Below are positions 17,878 through 26,756 of a DNA stretch of 32,000 nucleotides, piece by piece. The position numbers and the translations under genes are program-made. The stretch comes from an uncultured archaeon (lineage in GTDB: Archaea > Iainarchaeota > Iainarchaeia > Iainarchaeales > Iainarchaeaceae). Below the pieces are notes generated by a model. The model searched no databases and was not told the origin of the DNA. It worked only from the letters and a program-made list of their open reading frames with translations. Within the stretch, counting starts at the first letter, position 1, and every line of letters begins with the position of its first letter. The stretch lies in assembly GCA_964577555.1 (NCBI GenBank), contig CAZNZM010000004.1, forward strand, positions 55,300-87,299, given 5' to 3'.

Positions 17878-18468
17878 ATGAACGAATGGAAAAAAAGGTT
17901 CAAAATGATAAAAGAAAGACACAAAAAAACATTTGAAACAGCGCTAAAACAAGGCAAAATGGACGAACAAATGATACAACTCTGCCAATACATTTCAAAA
18001 ACAAAAAACTACTACACATCAAGTTGCTGCAGCGGAAGAATAATACTGCTAGAAAAAAAAGGAAAAAGAAAAATAGACACATTCTTTCACAGAAAATGGC
18101 ACAGAAAAATAAACATTACAGAACTATTGGAAGGGATAAAAGAAAACAAGGAAGGAGAACTATGGCTAAGACTAGACCCATTCATACTACACATAGGTTG
18201 CCCAACAATAAAAGAAGCAAAAAAAATACTTGCCGCAATGAAAAAATCAGGAGTAAAAAGAGGAGGCATCACAGTAGCAGAAAAAGGAAAATACCTAATA
18301 GAATTGCAAGGAACAAACAATTTTGCATGCATAGTGAAAAAAAACGGAAAACAACTAATCCCAAAAAAATACTTCGAATACATTCTCGAAAAACTCAACA
18401 CGATGATTACAGAAAACTATCAAAGACTTGAAAAACTTGAAACAGAATTCAAAAAAACACTGGAGTGA
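17878..18468 (+). CDS. tRNA wybutosine-synthesising protein 3 family (TYW3/Taw3)
   Basis: NYYTSSCCSGRIILLEKKG, LWLRLDPFILHIGCPTIKEAKKILAAMKKSGVKRGGITV. Exact start uncertain (in-frame ATGs downstream). Confidence 0.85.
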   Translation: MNEWKKRFKMIKERHKKTFETALKQGKMDEQMIQLCQYISKTKNYYTSSCCSGRIILLEKKGKRKIDTFFHRKWHRKINITELLEGIKENKEGELWLRLDPFILHIGCPTIKEAKKILAAMKKSGVKRGGITVAEKGKYLIELQGTNNFACIVKKNGKQLIPKKYFEYILEKLNTMITENYQRLEKLETEFKKTLE

Positions 18469-18475
18469 AAAAAAC

Positions 18476-19006
18476 TTGAGAATATTTATAGCAATCAAAA
18501 TACCAGAAGAAATAAAAACAAAAATAGAAAAAAATTTCAGCAAAAAATTAGACAAAGAAAAATTCAAAATAGTAAAAAAAGAAAACCTGCACATAACACT
18601 ATTATTTTTAGGAGAAAAAAACAAAGAAGAAACAAATACAATAATTCAAAAAATACAAACAATTGATCATTCCGAATTTGAAATAAAATTATCACAAACA
18701 GAAAGCTTTGGAAAAAATACTATTTGGATAAAAATAAAAAAAGGAGAAAAAGAACTCAAAGAAATATACAAAAAAATTTCAGAAGTTTTAGGAATAAAAA
18801 CAGAAAAATTTTCACCTCACGTTACAATAGCAAGAAACAAAAAAGCAACATACGAAGAAGTAAAAAAAATTATTCAAGAACTAAACAAACAAAAATTTGA
18901 AGAAAAATTCGCGGCCCAAGAAATTCACCTAATGGAATCAAAATTAAATCAAACGGGGCCAGAATACGCGGATTTATCATCAAAAACCCTTTCCAAAAGA
19001 GCTTGA
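18476..19006 (+). CDS. thpR: RNA 2',3'-cyclic phosphodiesterase (2'-5' RNA ligase family)
   Basis: LRIFIAIKIPEEI..., two HxT motifs (LHITLLFLG, SPHVTIAR). TTG start at 18476. Confidence 0.88.
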   Translation: MRIFIAIKIPEEIKTKIEKNFSKKLDKEKFKIVKKENLHITLLFLGEKNKEETNTIIQKIQTIDHSEFEIKLSQTESFGKNTIWIKIKKGEKELKEIYKKISEVLGIKTEKFSPHVTIARNKKATYEEVKKIIQELNKQKFEEKFAAQEIHLMESKLNQTGPEYADLSSKTLSKRA

Positions 19007-20523
19007 GAATCATAATAATACTGCTGAATCACCAATTGAACATCAGACTGTGATCTAATACCTGAACGAATCATCCACTCAATTATCTTCTTTCTAATTA
19101 AAATCTCGTTTTCAACTTCCTTCTTGCTTTTCAAAGTACGATTCGCAATCCTTTCAATTATTGAACTTGGCACACTGGTTCTTTTTATTGAATCAGTAGC
19201 CTTATCCCATTCAAAAATATTTGCAAGTAAAGGTTTTTGATCCATGGAAGTAACTTCAGAAACGGAATAAACCCTCCTGTGAACACCCACATTCTTAATA
19301 TAAATTTTGTATTGAACTAAAACCAAATTAAGAAGAGGCAAAAGAGATTCTGGCACATTCATTGGAGGAGACTTCAACCTAAGCATCAATTCCTTCGCAG
19401 AATTACTGTGAAGCGTACCAAGACAACCCCTATGCCCAGTATCCATTGCAATAAAAAGAGTCTCAGCCTCAGGACCGCGAACCTCGCCAAGAATCAACCT
19501 GTCAGGCCTCATCCTCAAAGCATTTTTCAAAAGATCATCCATTGTGACGCCTTCCTGACCTTTAATAGCAGGCCTAGTCTCCATTTGAACCCAATTATCC
19601 CTTTTGCCAAGCTGAATCTCAAGAGTATCCTCAATAGAAATTATCCTTTCCTGATACCTTATAAAATTCGCAAGAGCATTCATAGTAGTAGTCTTCCCAG
19701 AACCAGAACCGCCAGTAACAATTATATTCATTGGATCTGAATTCCAACCTTCAACCGCCAACCAAAGAAAACCAGCAACCTCTGAGGAAAAAGTGCCATT
19801 AATAACAAGATCAACTATGCTAAGAGGAGAAGAAGTAAATTTTCTTATAGTCAAACTAGGGCCTTTAGGAGTAACAAAATAATAAGTCGCATTAGCCCTA
19901 TTACCGTCAGGCAAACGAGCGTCCAAAAGAGGACTATCAGCATCAAAATTCTTGCCAACACTTCTAGCTATTTTTTGCAACAAAAAATCCAAATCCCGCC
20001 TATTCGGAAAAACAATATTAGTTTTACAATGCCCATACTTCCTATGAAAAACAAAAATATTCTTGTCATAACCATTAACCATTATCTCTTCCAAAGCCTC
20101 GTCAAGCACAAGAGGTTCAAGAACACCATAACCCAAACATTCCGAAAGACAAAGATCAGCAATAACAGAACGATTCCTTACAAAACGCAAATGTTTAGCC
20201 ATAATATCAACAAAAGTTGATTTCAAAGAAGCAAACTCCTCCTTTGGAAGCAAACCATCCCTTAATTGATTAAACGAAACAGGTTCAAGCACTTTATCCC
20301 TAAACTCATAAATAAAATCCTTGGTATAAGGCGCACCATCATAAGGCATGGCATTTTCAATACTTATTTTTCCCAACAACAAATCCGAAACAAGCGATTT
20401 AATCTTCTTCTCATCCTCAGAAAGCAAAGGATCGGAAACTTCGTAAAAATAAAAAGGAAAACCATCATATATTTTTACATTGGAATAAGACTCCAAAAGC
20501 TTTCCTTTTGTTTCCTCAAACAT
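18949..20523 (-). CDS. Type II/IV secretion system ATPase (GspE/TadA/FlaI-like)
   Basis: MNIIVTGGSGSGKTTTMNALANFI (Walker A), RIISIEDTLEIQLGKRDNWVQMETRP, LRMRPDRLILGEVRGPEAETLFIAMDTGHRGCLGTLHSNSAKE. Start at 20523. Confidence 0.9.
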   Translation of the reverse strand: MFEETKGKLLESYSNVKIYDGFPFYFYEVSDPLLSEDEKKIKSLVSDLLLGKISIENAMPYDGAPYTKDFIYEFRDKVLEPVSFNQLRDGLLPKEEFASLKSTFVDIMAKHLRFVRNRSVIADLCLSECLGYGVLEPLVLDEALEEIMVNGYDKNIFVFHRKYGHCKTNIVFPNRRDLDFLLQKIARSVGKNFDADSPLLDARLPDGNRANATYYFVTPKGPSLTIRKFTSSPLSIVDLVINGTFSSEVAGFLWLAVEGWNSDPMNIIVTGGSGSGKTTTMNALANFIRYQERIISIEDTLEIQLGKRDNWVQMETRPAIKGQEGVTMDDLLKNALRMRPDRLILGEVRGPEAETLFIAMDTGHRGCLGTLHSNSAKELMLRLKSPPMNVPESLLPLLNLVLVQYKIYIKNVGVHRRVYSVSEVTSMDQKPLLANIFEWDKATDSIKRTSVPSSIIERIANRTLKSKKEVENEILIRKKIIEWMIRSGIRSQSDVQLVIQQYYYDSQALLERVFDDKSAYSGPV

Positions 20524-20572
20524 AAAACCACCAAAAAATGTATTTATAATAATGAATTCATAATATATAAAG

Positions 20573-21973
20573 ATGAAGATTAACACAAACCAAGAAAAAA
20601 TACTAAAAAAAGTACTAAAAAAAATAACGCCCAAAAAAAAACACGAAAAAAAACAATTAGAATTTGCAAAAAAACTAATAGAAAAAATAAAAACAACAAA
20701 AGGACCGCATTTGGATGCAGAACTCGTTGGCTCGGTGGCAAGAGGAACACACTTGTCAGGCGACAACGACCTTGACATATTCGTATTCTACCCCCCTGAA
20801 ATTCCAAGAGAAAAATTCGAAAACCACGGAATTGCTCTAGGAAAACAAATATTCAAAGGACACAAATGGGAATTAGCATATTCAGAACACCCATATGTAA
20901 GAGGAACAATATCCGGACACAAAGTTGAAATAATCCCGACATATAAAATTAGAGACACGTCACTAATGAAAAGCGCAGTTGACAGAAGCCCATTCCACAA
21001 CAATTATTTAAAAGAAAAACTCACGCCACAACTATGCAACGAAATAAGGTTACTCAAACAATTCATGAAAGGAATAAAATGCTACGGGGCTGACCTAAGC
21101 ATGAACAGCTTCCCAGGATACGTTGCAGAACTGCTAATAATAAAATACGGCAGTTTTATTGATACGTTAAAAGCAGCATCAAATTGGAAAAAAAACCAAG
21201 TAATAGACATAGAAAATTCATATATGGAAGAAGAAGCCATAAAAAAATTCGGCAACCACCACTTCATAATAATAGATCCAGTTGATATTAATAGAAACGT
21301 CGCAGCGGCACTATCAGAACAACAATATGCAAGATTCATAAGCGCAAGCAGAAAATTCCTTGAAAAACCATCACACAAATTCTTTTTCCAAAACAAACAC
21401 AAACCATTAAGCAAAAAAAAACTACAGAAATACTTAGACAAAACAGAAATAGTCGCAATAAAATTCAAATACCCAAAAAAAGTAATAGAAGACCAAATGT
21501 GGGGACAACTTAAAAAACTGGCAAAAAAAATAACAACAATGGCAAAAGAACAAGAATTCAACATAAAAAGACAAGGAGAATGGCTAAAAAAAGACGACAT
21601 AATGATAATAGTACTAGAACTAGAATCAAAAAAACTGCAAAAAGCAAGAATACAAACAGGGCCAGAAGTATTTGACGCAGAAAACTCAAAAGCTTTCCTA
21701 GAAGCACACAAAAAACCATTTTCAGGACCAAGAATAGAAAACACAAGATGGATAGTTGAAACAGAAAGAAAATACACAAATATAGAAGATTACATAACCA
21801 AACTACTCAAAAAATTTAAAAAAGAAGAAAAAGAAGACCTGCGCAAAGCAATAAAACAAGGAACAAAAATCTTGAACGAAAAAGAAATAAAAAAACTGTA
21901 CGAGACCAACAATGAATTCAGCAAATTTTTTACAACATTTCTAAAGGGAAAAGAAGAATTTTTAGAATACTAA
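20573..21973 (+). CDS. cca: Archaeal CCA tRNA nucleotidyltransferase
   Basis: VELVGSVARGTHLSGDNDLDIFVFYP-type nucleotidyltransferase motif, followed by ELAYSEHPYVRGTISGHKVEIIPTYKI...SAVDRSPFHNNYL, as in class I CCA enzymes. Confidence 0.93.
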   Translation: MKINTNQEKILKKVLKKITPKKKHEKKQLEFAKKLIEKIKTTKGPHLDAELVGSVARGTHLSGDNDLDIFVFYPPEIPREKFENHGIALGKQIFKGHKWELAYSEHPYVRGTISGHKVEIIPTYKIRDTSLMKSAVDRSPFHNNYLKEKLTPQLCNEIRLLKQFMKGIKCYGADLSMNSFPGYVAELLIIKYGSFIDTLKAASNWKKNQVIDIENSYMEEEAIKKFGNHHFIIIDPVDINRNVAAALSEQQYARFISASRKFLEKPSHKFFFQNKHKPLSKKKLQKYLDKTEIVAIKFKYPKKVIEDQMWGQLKKLAKKITTMAKEQEFNIKRQGEWLKKDDIMIIVLELESKKLQKARIQTGPEVFDAENSKAFLEAHKKPFSGPRIENTRWIVETERKYTNIEDYITKLLKKFKKEEKEDLRKAIKQGTKILNEKEIKKLYETNNEFSKFFTTFLKGKEEFLEY

Positions 21974-21998
21974 AAAATAAAAAAAACAAATAAAAAAA

Positions 21999-22160
21999 TT
22001 GGCTCACAAAAAAAACAAAATTCAATTAAAAAAAAAATAAAAAAAACAACTTGACAAAAAAAATAATTAGCAAAAAAAAGAATTCAAAAAAAAAGAAAAA
22101 TGACAAAAAAACTTGGCTCACAAAAAACAAACAACAAAAAAAATAATTAAATTTTTTAAA
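21999..22160. repeat. Intergenic A-rich repeat motif, two good copies (TTGGCTCACAAAAAAAACAAAA; ACTTGGCTCACAAAAAACAAACAAC)
   Basis: Direct sequence comparison. Followed by AATTAAAAAA / AAAATAATTAA tails. Confidence 0.6.
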
Positions 22161-22259
22161 AAATAAAAAAAACTATCACAAAAAATCAAAAACTAACAAA
22201 ACAAACAATTAAAAACAACAACCTTAAAAAGAAATCAAATATAAAAATAAATCAAGGGG

Positions 22260-22835
22260 GTGCAAAGACAAATGGAAATACTAACCTTAATCACAATAAT
22301 AATAATCGCAATAATCGCCATTGCCGCAATTTGGCTTGTACTGACATACAACAGCCTCATCTACCTAAAAAACCAAGCGGAAAACTCGTGGAGCCAAATA
22401 GACGTACAACTCAAAAGAAGATACGACCTAGTACCAAATCTGATAGAAACAGTCAAAGCATATGCAAAACACGAAAAAGAAACATTCACACAAGTAATAG
22501 AAGCAAGAAATAAAATAACTGCTGCAAAAACTACAAAAGAGAGAGCCGAAGCCGAAAACATTCTAACAGGCGCATTAAAATCAATATTTGCACTGGCAGA
22601 AGATTATCCAAAACTCCAAGCAAACCAAAACTTTCTAATGCTCCAAGAAGAATTATCAGGAATAGAATCAAAAATTGCATTTGCAAGACAATTTTACAAC
22701 GATACGATAATGAGCTACAACAATGCAATACAACAATTCCCCACAACACTAATAGCTGAAATGCTCGGGTTCAAAAAAAGAGAATACTTTGAAATAGAAA
22801 CAGAAGCAAAAGCACCAATAAAAATAAAATTCTAA
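22260..22835 (+). CDS. lemA: LemA family protein
   Basis: YNSLIYLKNQAENSWSQIDVQLKRRYDLVPNLIETVKAYAKHEKETFTQVIEARN. GTG start preceded by an AAGGGG-type Shine-Dalgarno sequence. Confidence 0.92.
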   Translation: MQRQMEILTLITIIIIAIIAIAAIWLVLTYNSLIYLKNQAENSWSQIDVQLKRRYDLVPNLIETVKAYAKHEKETFTQVIEARNKITAAKTTKERAEAENILTGALKSIFALAEDYPKLQANQNFLMLQEELSGIESKIAFARQFYNDTIMSYNNAIQQFPTTLIAEMLGFKKREYFEIETEAKAPIKIKF

Positions 22836-22855
22836 AAAATAAAAAAACTACCAAA

Positions 22856-23758
22856 GTGGTCAAAATGTGGAACAAAATAGCGGAGAACAAAAGAAACACA
22901 TGGCTACTAATAATAGGATTCTCCGCATTCATCTTTTTACTAGCATGGATATTCGGAGAAATATATGGCTCAGGACTATTCGGCATAATCATAGGAGCAA
23001 TATTCCTCAGCATTTATACAATAATAAACTATTTCTATGGCGCTAACATAATACTAATGATAAGCAACGCAAAAGAAGTAAAAAAAGAAGAATACCCTTA
23101 TCTATTCAATATAATAGAAGGGCTTTCAATTGCAGCAGGAATACCAAAACCAAAAGCATACATTATTGAAGACACAGCACTCAACGCATTCGCAACAGGC
23201 AGAGACCCAAAACACGGAATAGTAGTAGTTACAACAGGAATACTAAAAAAACTCAACAGACAAGAATTGGAAGGGGTCATTGCACACGAAATAAGCCACA
23301 TAAAAAACTACGACATAAGACTAATGCTATTCGTGTCAGTATTTGTAGGCATAACAGCATTACTCAGCGACTTGCTACTCAGATCAGTAATTTGGGGAAA
23401 AGAAAGAAGAGAAATTGGAAAAGCGGAAATCATATTAATTATAGTCGCAATACTTTTGGCAATAATATCACCAATAATAGCAACAATAATCAAGCTTGCA
23501 ATTTCAAGAGAACGCGAATTTTTGGCAGACGCTTCAGGAGCATTGCTAACAAGAAACCCAGAAGGCTTAGCATCAGCACTTGAAAAAATAAGCCAAGACA
23601 AAGAAGTGCTTGAAGCAGCAAACAGCGCAACAGCACACCTCTACATAGACAACCCATTAAAAAACAGAAAAAGCGCAATAGGCTTCCTTGACAAAATGTT
23701 CCTCACACACCCGCCAATAGAAGAAAGAATAGCAAGACTAAGAAACATAACACAATAA
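22856..23758 (+). CDS. htpX: HtpX-like M48 family membrane metalloprotease
   Basis: Multi-TM; VVTTGILKKLNRQELEGVIAHEISHIKNYDIR (HExxH); REFLADASGALLTRNPEGLASALEKI. Start GTG 22856 or ATG 22865. Confidence 0.92.
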   Translation: MVKMWNKIAENKRNTWLLIIGFSAFIFLLAWIFGEIYGSGLFGIIIGAIFLSIYTIINYFYGANIILMISNAKEVKKEEYPYLFNIIEGLSIAAGIPKPKAYIIEDTALNAFATGRDPKHGIVVVTTGILKKLNRQELEGVIAHEISHIKNYDIRLMLFVSVFVGITALLSDLLLRSVIWGKERREIGKAEIILIIVAILLAIISPIIATIIKLAISREREFLADASGALLTRNPEGLASALEKISQDKEVLEAANSATAHLYIDNPLKNRKSAIGFLDKMFLTHPPIEERIARLRNITQ

Positions 23759-23825
23759 AAAAAAGAATTTAAAATCCAAAAAAATATTTCATTAAAAAAA
23801 AGACAAACAAACAATTTGAAATTTC

Positions 23826-23925
23826 AAAAAAACTTGGCAAAAAAAACACCCGCCAAAAAAAATACAAAAAAAGAATTTAATTAAAAAAAATAATTCGAAT
23901 TGGCTTGCAAAACAAACAACAAAAA
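23826..23925. repeat. Intergenic A-rich repeat motif copies (AACTTGGCAAAAAAAACACC; ATTGGCTTGCAAAACAAACAAC)
   Basis: Direct sequence comparison with the 22119 and 26859 copies. Confidence 0.55.
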
Positions 23926-23974
23926 AACATGCCTCAAAAAAAAGATGAAAAAAAACAAATTAAAACTAAAAAGC

Positions 23975-24048
23975 GGACCCGAGGGGATTCGAACCCCCGA
24001 CCTTACGCTCCGAAGGCGTCTGCTCTATCCTGGCTGAGCTACGGGCCC
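23975..24048 (-). tRNA. tRNA-Arg (anticodon TCG)
   Basis: Reverse complement GGGCCCGTAGCTCAGCCAGGATAGAGCAGACGCCTTCGGAGCGTAAGGTCGGGGGTTCGAATCCCCTCGGGTCC folds as a 74-nt cloverleaf. Acceptor stem pairs fully with one G-U. Anticodon loop is CTTCGGA. Pair 27:43 looks mismatched. Confidence 0.93.
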
Positions 24049-24207
24049 AAAAAAATCAAAACAAACAAAAATAAAAGTAAAAACACTTTAAAAAACGAAA
24101 AAACAAAGAAAAACATGAAACTTGGCTCAAAAAAAGACAAAAAAAGCCAGTTATCAACCTTTTTAAAACTTGCCAAACAATGAATAGTAAAAAAAAGGTG
24201 TCAATTA

Positions 24208-24360
24208 ATGAAAACATGCATTACAACAAACAAAATATTGACAGACGACTTTATAGAATTCAAATGCCCTGAATGCGGCACTAAAATAGCAAGAAGCATT
24301 TTGGCAAGAAAAAAAAGCTTAGAATATACTTGCAAAGAATGCGGATTCAAAGGACCATAG
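24208..24360 (+). CDS. Small archaeal zinc-ribbon protein (50 aa)
   Basis: My translation: MKTCITTNKILTDDFIEFKCPECGTKIARSILARKKSLEYTCKECGFKGP*. Two CxxC knuckles, directly upstream of aEF1-beta. Absent from the ORF track. Confidence 0.85.
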   Translation: MKTCITTNKILTDDFIEFKCPECGTKIARSILARKKSLEYTCKECGFKGP

Positions 24361-24371
24361 AAGGACTCGCC

Positions 24372-24635
24372 ATGCCAAGCAAAACAATGCTAATCATAAG
24401 AGTAAAACCAGAAGAAATGGAAAAAATAGACAAAATAATAGAATCAATAAAAAAAATAAAAACTGGAGAAGTAAGAGAAGTCAGAAAAGAGCCAATAGGA
24501 TTCGGAATAGAACTTATAAAAGCAGGAATACTAGTGCCATCAGAAGACGAAACAATGCCAGAAAAAGTCATAAAAGAAATAACAAAAATCAAAGGCGTTG
24601 AAGAAGCAGAAGTAGAAGGAATGACCCTTTTATAA
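24372..24635 (+). CDS. Translation elongation factor aEF1-beta
   Basis: LIIRVKPEEMEKIDKIIESIKKIKTGEVREVRKEPIGFGIELIKAGILVPSEDETMPEKVIKEITKIKGVEEAEVEGMTLL. Start MPSKTM at 24372. Confidence 0.88.
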   Translation: MPSKTMLIIRVKPEEMEKIDKIIESIKKIKTGEVREVRKEPIGFGIELIKAGILVPSEDETMPEKVIKEITKIKGVEEAEVEGMTLL

Positions 24636-24690
24636 ATCACAAAAAAAACAGACACTTAAAATTATAACACCTTATTCAAAGCAATAATTT

Positions 24691-26748
24691 ATGATTAAAA
24701 TACTGGAACTTGAAAACTGGAAAACACACAAAAAAACCCGCCTAGAATTCGAAAAAGGAACAAACGTAATAGTAGGAAAAATGGGAAGCGGGAAATCATC
24801 AATACTTGACGCAATCTCCTTTGCACTATATGGCACATTTCCGTCATTAGTAGCAAAAAAAATAACACTTGAAGAAACAATGATGGCAAAACCCACAAAA
24901 CAAGACATAACAAAAGTAAAACTAATATTCGACTACAACGGCAAAGAATACGAAGTAGAAAGAATAATAAAAAGAAACGGAACCAACGAAGGCTCTCTCA
25001 GAGAATCGGGAAAACTTATTGCGGGGCCAAAAACAAGCGACATAACAAAAAAAATTTCCGAAATAATAGAATCAAACTACGACCTGTTCAGCAGAGCAAT
25101 ATACTCCGAACAAAACCAAATAGACTTCTTCCTAAAAATGACGCCAGCACAAAGAAAAGAAAAACTCGACGAATTACTGGGCTTGGACAAATACGAAAAA
25201 GTAAGATCAAACGCATCCACACTAGCCACCAGAATAAAAAAAATCGCAGAAGACAAGAAAAAAATACTTGAAGACCAAAAAAAGAAAAACAACCCAAACC
25301 AAATAACAGAATATGAAAAACGAATAAATGAAAAAAAAACAGAACTTGAAAGAATAGAAAAATCAATACAACAAACAGAAACAACACTAAAACAAAAGGA
25401 AACAACACTAAAAAAACTTGAAGAAACTGAAAGATTATTTAAGACACTCAAAGAAACAGAAATAAGAGAAAAATCCAAGTTGGAATCAATAATAGAACAA
25501 ATAGAAGCAGGAAAGAAAAAAACAGAAAAAATAAACCCGGAAACAATAAACAAAAAAATCACAGAACTGCAAAACCAACTAACAACAGAAGAAGAAAACA
25601 AAAAAAAATTAGAAAACGAAAAAAAAGAACAAGAAAAAAAAATAACAAACTCAAAAGAAAAAAAAGCAGCTGCAAACAGCATGCTCAACCTAAACACTAA
25701 AAATTCAACAAACATTGCAAGCCTAAAAGCAAATTGCCCAATATGCAGAAAACCACTGACAGAACACGACAAAGAAAAACTTTCAAAAGAAATGAAGGAA
25801 GAACAGGAAAACCTGATAAAACAAATAAAAGAAATAGAAAAAGAAATAGCAAATACTTCAACAAAAATAAACGAAATAGAAAAAAAAATAGCAAACACTG
25901 AACAAAACAAAGAAACACTGCAAAAAGAGATAATTGAAAACAAAAGACTATTAGAAATAGCAAACGAAATAACAACAAAAGAAAAACAAAAAACAATCAT
26001 AGAAGAAAACCTAAAGAAAAACTCGCAAACCATTGCAGAATTAAATTTTGACGAAAAACAACTCAAAGAAGCAAGAAACGAATATTACGCATTGAGAGAA
26101 AAAATGACAAAAGAAAGAACAACAGCCATTTCAACAAAAGACATTATAAAAGAACTTGAAGAAACATACAAAAGAATAAAAGACACACAAAAACAAATGA
26201 TTGAACTTGAAAATCAGATAAAAGAATACGAAACAGCAGCAGAAAAAATGACAATATTCACAAGCGCAACAATGGCAACACAAGCAGAGTTAAGAAATCT
26301 AATGGTGGAAAACATCAACATGGCAATGGAAGAACTCTGGCCGAAAATCTATCCTTACGGCGATTTCTCGCAAATAAAAATAATAGTCAAAGAAGGAAGC
26401 TACGAAATAATGGCGAAACAAAAAAACAATGAATGGACAAGAATAGAAGGAATACTATCAGGCGGAGAAAGAAGCGCAGCAGCAATAACAATAAGAATAG
26501 CGCTTTCCCTGGTGCTTACCCAAAACCTTGGCTGGATAATGCTGGACGAACCAACACACAACCTTGATGCAAACTCAGTAAACAGGCTTGCAGAAACCCT
26601 TGGAACATACCTCCCACAAATCATTGAACAAATTTTCATAATAACACACGACAAAGAAATGGAAAACGCTGCATCTGGAAAATTATACATTTTTGAAAGA
26701 GAAAAAGAAGAAGACGCTCCAACAAAAATAAACAACATAGAAAAATAA
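24691..26748 (+). CDS. rad50: DNA double-strand break repair ATPase Rad50
   Basis: FEKGTNVIVGKMGSGKSSILDAISFALYG, zinc hook CPICRKPL in a coiled coil, LSGGERSAAAITIRIALSLVL...WIMLDEPTHNLD. Confidence 0.93.
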   Translation: MIKILELENWKTHKKTRLEFEKGTNVIVGKMGSGKSSILDAISFALYGTFPSLVAKKITLEETMMAKPTKQDITKVKLIFDYNGKEYEVERIIKRNGTNEGSLRESGKLIAGPKTSDITKKISEIIESNYDLFSRAIYSEQNQIDFFLKMTPAQRKEKLDELLGLDKYEKVRSNASTLATRIKKIAEDKKKILEDQKKKNNPNQITEYEKRINEKKTELERIEKSIQQTETTLKQKETTLKKLEETERLFKTLKETEIREKSKLESIIEQIEAGKKKTEKINPETINKKITELQNQLTTEEENKKKLENEKKEQEKKITNSKEKKAAANSMLNLNTKNSTNIASLKANCPICRKPLTEHDKEKLSKEMKEEQENLIKQIKEIEKEIANTSTKINEIEKKIANTEQNKETLQKEIIENKRLLEIANEITTKEKQKTIIEENLKKNSQTIAELNFDEKQLKEARNEYYALREKMTKERTTAISTKDIIKELEETYKRIKDTQKQMIELENQIKEYETAAEKMTIFTSATMATQAELRNLMVENINMAMEELWPKIYPYGDFSQIKIIVKEGSYEIMAKQKNNEWTRIEGILSGGERSAAAITIRIALSLVLTQNLGWIMLDEPTHNLDANSVNRLAETLGTYLPQIIEQIFIITHDKEMENAASGKLYIFEREKEEDAPTKINNIEK

Positions 26749-26756
26749 AATGAATA

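Noticed and set aside
21082-21777. 231-aa minus-strand ORF within cca
   Set aside because: Antisense to the well-supported CCA transferase, with no recognisable domain.
23905-24183. 92-aa + strand ORF MQNKQQKNMPQKKD...TRGDSNPRPYAPKASALSWLSYGPKK
   Set aside because: Runs antisense through the tRNA-Arg gene. The RGDSNPRPYAPKASALSWLSYGP peptide is a classic false translation of a reverse tRNA.
25077-26066. 329-aa minus-strand ORF inside rad50 (Ser/Phe/Val rich)
   Set aside because: Antisense to a strongly supported Rad50. Composition is the mirror image of the A-rich + strand coding sequence, and no domain signature is present.
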